Sequence record: LC788709.1 | From: Escherichia coli phage Shin27 | Reading direction: 5' to 3' (one strand) | Length of the DNA stretch: 64,000 bases | Shown: positions 61,624 to 64,000 of the stretch, in pieces | Layout: each line of letters starts with the position of its first letter | Numbering within the stretch: position 1 is the first letter of the stretch | Translations under genes and position numbers: made by a program | The notes under the pieces: generated by a model | What the model saw: the letters and a program-made list of their open reading frames with translations, nothing else | The model's database searches: none | Told to the model about the DNA's origin: nothing

Positions 61624-61745
61624 TTTACTTATTGCGTAGGCCACCTGGAGGGTTCAAGCCCCACGGCTGACAAAGAAGTTTGCGAGACTTCTCTTAAACG
61701 CCAGAATAGACCCGCCGATCTATCGGAACCTACTCAATAAGTAAA
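61624..61745. ncRNA. structured ORF-free element closed by a 17-bp helix
   Basis: TTTACTTATTGCGTAGG (61624-61640) pairs 16/17 with CCTACTCAATAAGTAAA (61729-61745). Inside are a 6-bp stem with a 7-nt loop (AGAAGT-TTGCGAG-ACTTCT) and a GGTTCAAGCC T-loop-like motif. Confidence 0.3.
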
Positions 61746-61860
61746 CTTTCGTTTACCTACACCTACCTGGTCGGGAGGATTTTCAGCGACTAGAACCGGC
61801 CGGAAACTCATCGCCTTGTTTATCTAGGAGTCCGTTCTCTAGGAAGCAGAAACCTAAATT

Positions 61861-61934
61861 TGGTGCGGTCGGAGGGAATCGAACCCTCAACTTCTGGTTG
61901 GCAACCAAAAATTATACCTTTTAACTACGAACGC
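61861..61934 (-). tRNA. tRNA-Gly (GCC)
   Basis: Acceptor GCGTTCG/CGACCGC (one mismatch), arm TTTGG-TTGCCAA-CCAGA, T-arm GAGGG-TTCGATT-CCCTC, CCA encoded. Confidence 0.75.
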
Positions 61935-61943
61935 ATAATAAGT

Positions 61944-62065
61944 CAATCTAGGCAGGACTTGAACCTGCTATCACTTGTGCGGATTTACGAGAACCATTCT
62001 TTCACTCGAATCGAACGAGCTTCTACCCTCGGCAAGCTGGTGTCCCCTCTCCACCACGCTAGAAT
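61944..62065 (-). ncRNA. oversized (~122 nt) tRNA-like element
   Basis: Canonical T-arm GCAGG-TTCAAGT-CCTGC is followed by CTAGATT, which pairs 6/7 with ATTCTAG at the far end. Internal hairpins are TGGTG-N9-CACCA and CTCG-TTCGATT-CGAG. No CCA and no credible ORF. Confidence 0.3.
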
Positions 62066-62147
62066 GATAATTAGTGCCTGCTCCTTTGAATCAAGAAGTC
62101 CACCCCGGACTTTGGGTCTTTGCAGTACATCACGCTGCTCTGATGTT

Positions 62148-62224
62148 TGGTACACCCACTAGGACTTGAACCTAGAACCTACCGCTTAAGAGGCGGTAGC
62201 TCTAACCAATTGAGCTATGGATGT
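62148..62224 (-). tRNA. tRNA-Lys (CUU)
   Basis: Acceptor ACATCCA/TGGGTGT, arm ACCGC-CTCTTAA-GCGGT, T-arm CTAGG-TTCAAGT-CCTAG, CCA encoded. Confidence 0.8.
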
Positions 62225-62230
62225 ATAATT

Positions 62231-62305
62231 TGGCGGTACTAAGGGTAATCGAAACCCTACCTCTCCCGTGACAGGGGAGTATCCTAACCGTTAGACTATA
62301 GTACC
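62231..62305 (-). tRNA. tRNA-Asp (GUC)
   Basis: Perfect acceptor GGTACTA/TAGTACC, G73, arm CTCCC-CTGTCAC-GGGAG, T-arm AGGGT-TTCGATT-ACCCT, CCA encoded. Confidence 0.85.
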
Positions 62306-62877
62306 TTTAACTTTTTAAGTTCTTTAGGATTGCCTCCTAAAGAAGTGTATCTTTTACGCAACCCATTATCTGAATAACTTAACTTTCTCCCTGCACCTGA
62401 CCAGCCTAGCTCTCTTACTGTAACCTCGATTATTTCTTTAGTTATAGAGATATCTTTTGGTTTATGTGAAGAGCACTCCTGACATTTTTCAGCTTTTAAA
62501 GAAATAGCTTTACCACAATCCTTACAACAATTATCATGGTTTAGTTTACTAAATCCTTTATCTTTTAAAGTCTTTTCTAGATGCTGCTCTTTTGTGAGCA
62601 CTTGTAAGTTATTAAGACCCCAATAAGTAATGTCTGTGTTAATATGGTCAACTTCTAGTTCAGAGTCTAGACTTGGTAATTTCTTAAATGCACATGCTAA
62701 AATCCTATGTACACCGGTATTTCTCTGTTGACCATTTTTATGGAGACGTATAGATAAGTATCCGTAATTACTGGTTATTTGGGTTAGTATTTTGTTTGAT
62801 TTGATACTAAATACTAACCCATCCAAACTTACTAAGTACTCCTCAAACCCTGGAATGGGTAAGGATATTCCGTGCAT
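62296..62877 (-). CDS. HNH homing endonuclease
   Basis: 193-aa ORF with an HNH region (HRILACAF...EVDHINTDITYWGLNNLQVLTKEQHLEKT) and a Cys4 region (CCKDCGK...CQEC). Confidence 0.75.
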   Translation of the reverse strand: MHGISLPIPGFEEYLVSLDGLVFSIKSNKILTQITSNYGYLSIRLHKNGQQRNTGVHRILACAFKKLPSLDSELEVDHINTDITYWGLNNLQVLTKEQHLEKTLKDKGFSKLNHDNCCKDCGKAISLKAEKCQECSSHKPKDISITKEIIEVTVRELGWSGAGRKLSYSDNGLRKRYTSLGGNPKELKKLKVL

Positions 62878-62880
62878 AAT

Positions 62881-63066
62881 TTACTCAGTTTTGAGTTTTT
62901 CGATAGCTTCCTCAACCTCTTTTAGAGCTTCACGACGCTCTACTTGACCTTGAAGTTCTTCAAGAAGTTCAGCTTTCAGAGCCTTAATAATATTACCACG
63001 AACCTTAATATTATTAATCAGATTATCACGATCAGCTTCTAGTCGAGCAATTGCACGAGTTGTCAT
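62881..63066 (-). CDS. small coiled-coil protein
   Basis: 61-aa ORF, all helical with heptad character. Confidence 0.45.
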   Translation of the reverse strand: MTTRAIARLEADRDNLINNIKVRGNIIKALKAELLEELQGQVERREALKEVEEAIEKLKTE

Positions 63067-63169
63067 ATCTATTTCCTCAGTTGTTAATGAAAAATGGTAT
63101 CTGTGACTGAATTCGATATCAGCAATGATAGCTGGTTGGCTACCGGTTTACTTAACTCTACACAGAATA

Positions 63170-63252
63170 TGGCGGGCCGTGTAGGATTCGAACCTACGTT
63201 GTCTTTCGACATGGATTAACAGTCCACCGCCAAACCGCTTGGCTAACGACCC
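63170..63252 (-). tRNA. tRNA with Asn anticodon (GUU) and a 13-nt hairpin variable arm
   Basis: 83 nt. Acceptor GGGTCGT/ACGGCCC, D-stem GCCA/TGGC, arm GTGGA-CTGTTAA-TCCAT, variable GTC-GAAA-GAC-AAC, T-arm GTAGG-TTCGAAT-CCTAC, CCA encoded. Confidence 0.7.
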
Positions 63253-63259
63253 TAAAATT

Positions 63260-63335
63260 TGGACGACCGCATGAGATTCGAACTCACATAAGGAGGTTTT
63301 GCAGGCCTCCGCCTAAGCCATTCAGCCAACGGTCG
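63260..63335 (-). tRNA. tRNA-Cys (GCA)
   Basis: Acceptor CGACCGT/GCGGTCG, U73, loop CTGCAAA, T-arm GTGAG-TTCGAAT-CTCAT, CCA encoded. Confidence 0.8.
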
Positions 63336-63513
63336 ATTTATCTTGCTTTTCGAGATTAGTAAACTCTAGATCTTTAGAATGTCCTATAGATCTAGCATAA
63401 TAGCCATCTCCAGCATCGTAGCCTGATTTACCGCACTCACACATCTTAAACTCTCTATAATGAGTGAAAATATGTTCAGAACCACAACACTTAAATTTAA
63501 CTAACATTTTCAT
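63322..63513 (-). CDS. zinc-ribbon protein
   Basis: 63-aa ORF with CCGSEH...CECG. Its last 14 nt overlap the 5' end of tRNA-Cys. Confidence 0.5.
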   Translation of the reverse strand: MKMLVKFKCCGSEHIFTHYREFKMCECGKSGYDAGDGYYARSIGHSKDLEFTNLEKQDKSTVG

Positions 63514-63752
63514 TTAACACGCTCCGGTAAATCTTCGAGTTTATATTGAGTAGCCACATTAGCAGCATCTAGTAACAAACCCATATGTTTAAGAATCCTA
63601 GTGATAGCCTCGCCTTCTGCTTCTTCTACAAAAGTGCGTAGTTGAATGAAGTCAATACCCCCATCCATACCAGAGAAAATGTTTAGTAAGCGAAGCATTA
63701 CCAGCTTACGTTCTTTCAATTCTTGTTCTGTCATGTTGCTTCTCCAGTTCAA
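63510..63752 (-). CDS. hypothetical protein
   Basis: 80-aa ORF, the first gene behind the promoter at 63764-63792. Confidence 0.5.
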   Translation of the reverse strand: MNWRSNMTEQELKERKLVMLRLLNIFSGMDGGIDFIQLRTFVEEAEGEAITRILKHMGLLLDAANVATQYKLEDLPERVK

Positions 63753-63763
63753 TTTATGTAATA

Positions 63764-63792
63764 ATTATACAGAACTTTAAGCGGTTAAGCAA
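63764..63792 (-). promoter_or_regulatory. T5 early-type sigma70 promoter
   Basis: TTGCTT, 17 nt, TATAAT. It overlaps the stop of the truncated upstream CDS. Confidence 0.6.
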
Positions 63793-64000
63793 CTACATTT
63801 TTTAAGAATTTGATGCCTTTCTTTTTCTTCTTATATTTCCACGTTAACGGGTTCTGTCGATTATGAACGCTTGAGATCTTTGTCTCGTCAAAGTTCTTCA
63901 AAACCATGTAATCACAGGCCAACTGTTCTAGTGGGATGTGATCTCCATCAAAAGCATAAACATAAGGCTGTTGACTAGCACGATAATGATAGACTTTGTT
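63785..64000 (-). CDS. 3' end of a CDS truncated by the window edge
   Basis: An open frame runs from the window end to the TAA at 63785-63787 (...SSVHNRQNPLTWKYKKKKKGIKFLKNVVA*). It is not in the track because no start lies in the window. Confidence 0.45.
   Translation of the reverse strand, partial: NKVYHYRASQQPYVYAFDGDHIPLEQLACDYMVLKNFDETKISSVHNRQNPLTWKYKKKKKGIKFLKNVVA

Noticed and set aside
63095-63167. A tRNA-like stretch ending in ...CACAGATACCA, with 6/7 acceptor pairing (TTCTGTG/CACAGAT).
   Set aside because: No acceptable anticodon arm could be drawn, and the T-arm is only CTGA-N8-TCAG. It is probably a decayed tRNA remnant and was not called as a gene.
1-64000. A search for lysogeny or defence-system hallmarks: integrase, repressor, CRISPR-Cas, restriction-modification, toxin-antitoxin, retron or reverse-transcriptase genes.
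   Set aside because: None was recognisable in any frame. The content is that of a strictly lytic T5-like phage.

Overview
The window reads as a T5-like siphophage (Tequintavirus/Demerecviridae type) of an enterobacterial host, in four blocks. (1) 0.2-26.0 kb, minus strand, holds a complete late morphogenesis and packaging module in T5 order: side fibre, collar, central fibre pb4, hub pb3, pb9, tape measure pb2, chaperones, p140, tube pb6, terminator and completion proteins, major capsid pb8, protease pb11, decoration pb10, portal pb7, an HNH-like ORF, TerL, TerS and the receptor-binding protein pb5. The Llp-type lipoprotein gene is divergent on the plus strand. (2) 26.3-38.5 kb is the pre-early (first-step-transfer) region with dmp, A1 and A2. 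It probably represents the collapsed terminal repeat. It contains a plus-strand cassette of unknown small genes bracketed by ORF-free DNA packed with E. coli-type DnaA boxes, two near-consensus LexA boxes, a 14-bp iteron array, 19-bp palindromes and TTCTAGAA/AACCGCC repeats, which is injection-stop-signal-like DNA. (3) 38.5-56.5 kb, minus strand, carries early genes behind repeated consensus sigma70 promoters of T5 early type. These include two metallophosphatases, a thioredoxin-like protein, holin and M15 endolysin, a ClpP-like protease, dNMP kinase, overlapped spanins, a GrcA-like glycyl-radical cofactor and an HNH-AP2 homing endonuclease. (4) 56.8-63.3 kb is a minus-strand array of 22 tRNA genes read by eye, interleaved with small ORFs, homing-endonuclease-like genes and ORF-free structured spacers. 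No integrase, CRISPR array or rRNA was seen. The most unusual items are the host-factor-site and iteron architecture around the pre-early cassette, tRNAs with atypical anticodon loops or arms (C33 in Lys-UUU and Ile-GAU, a long-arm Asn), about 120-130-nt oversized tRNA-like elements, and a promoter-driven structured leader RNA. All coordinates and folds were derived by hand from the sequence. Functional names rest on recalled T5 gene order and visible motifs, not on database searches.
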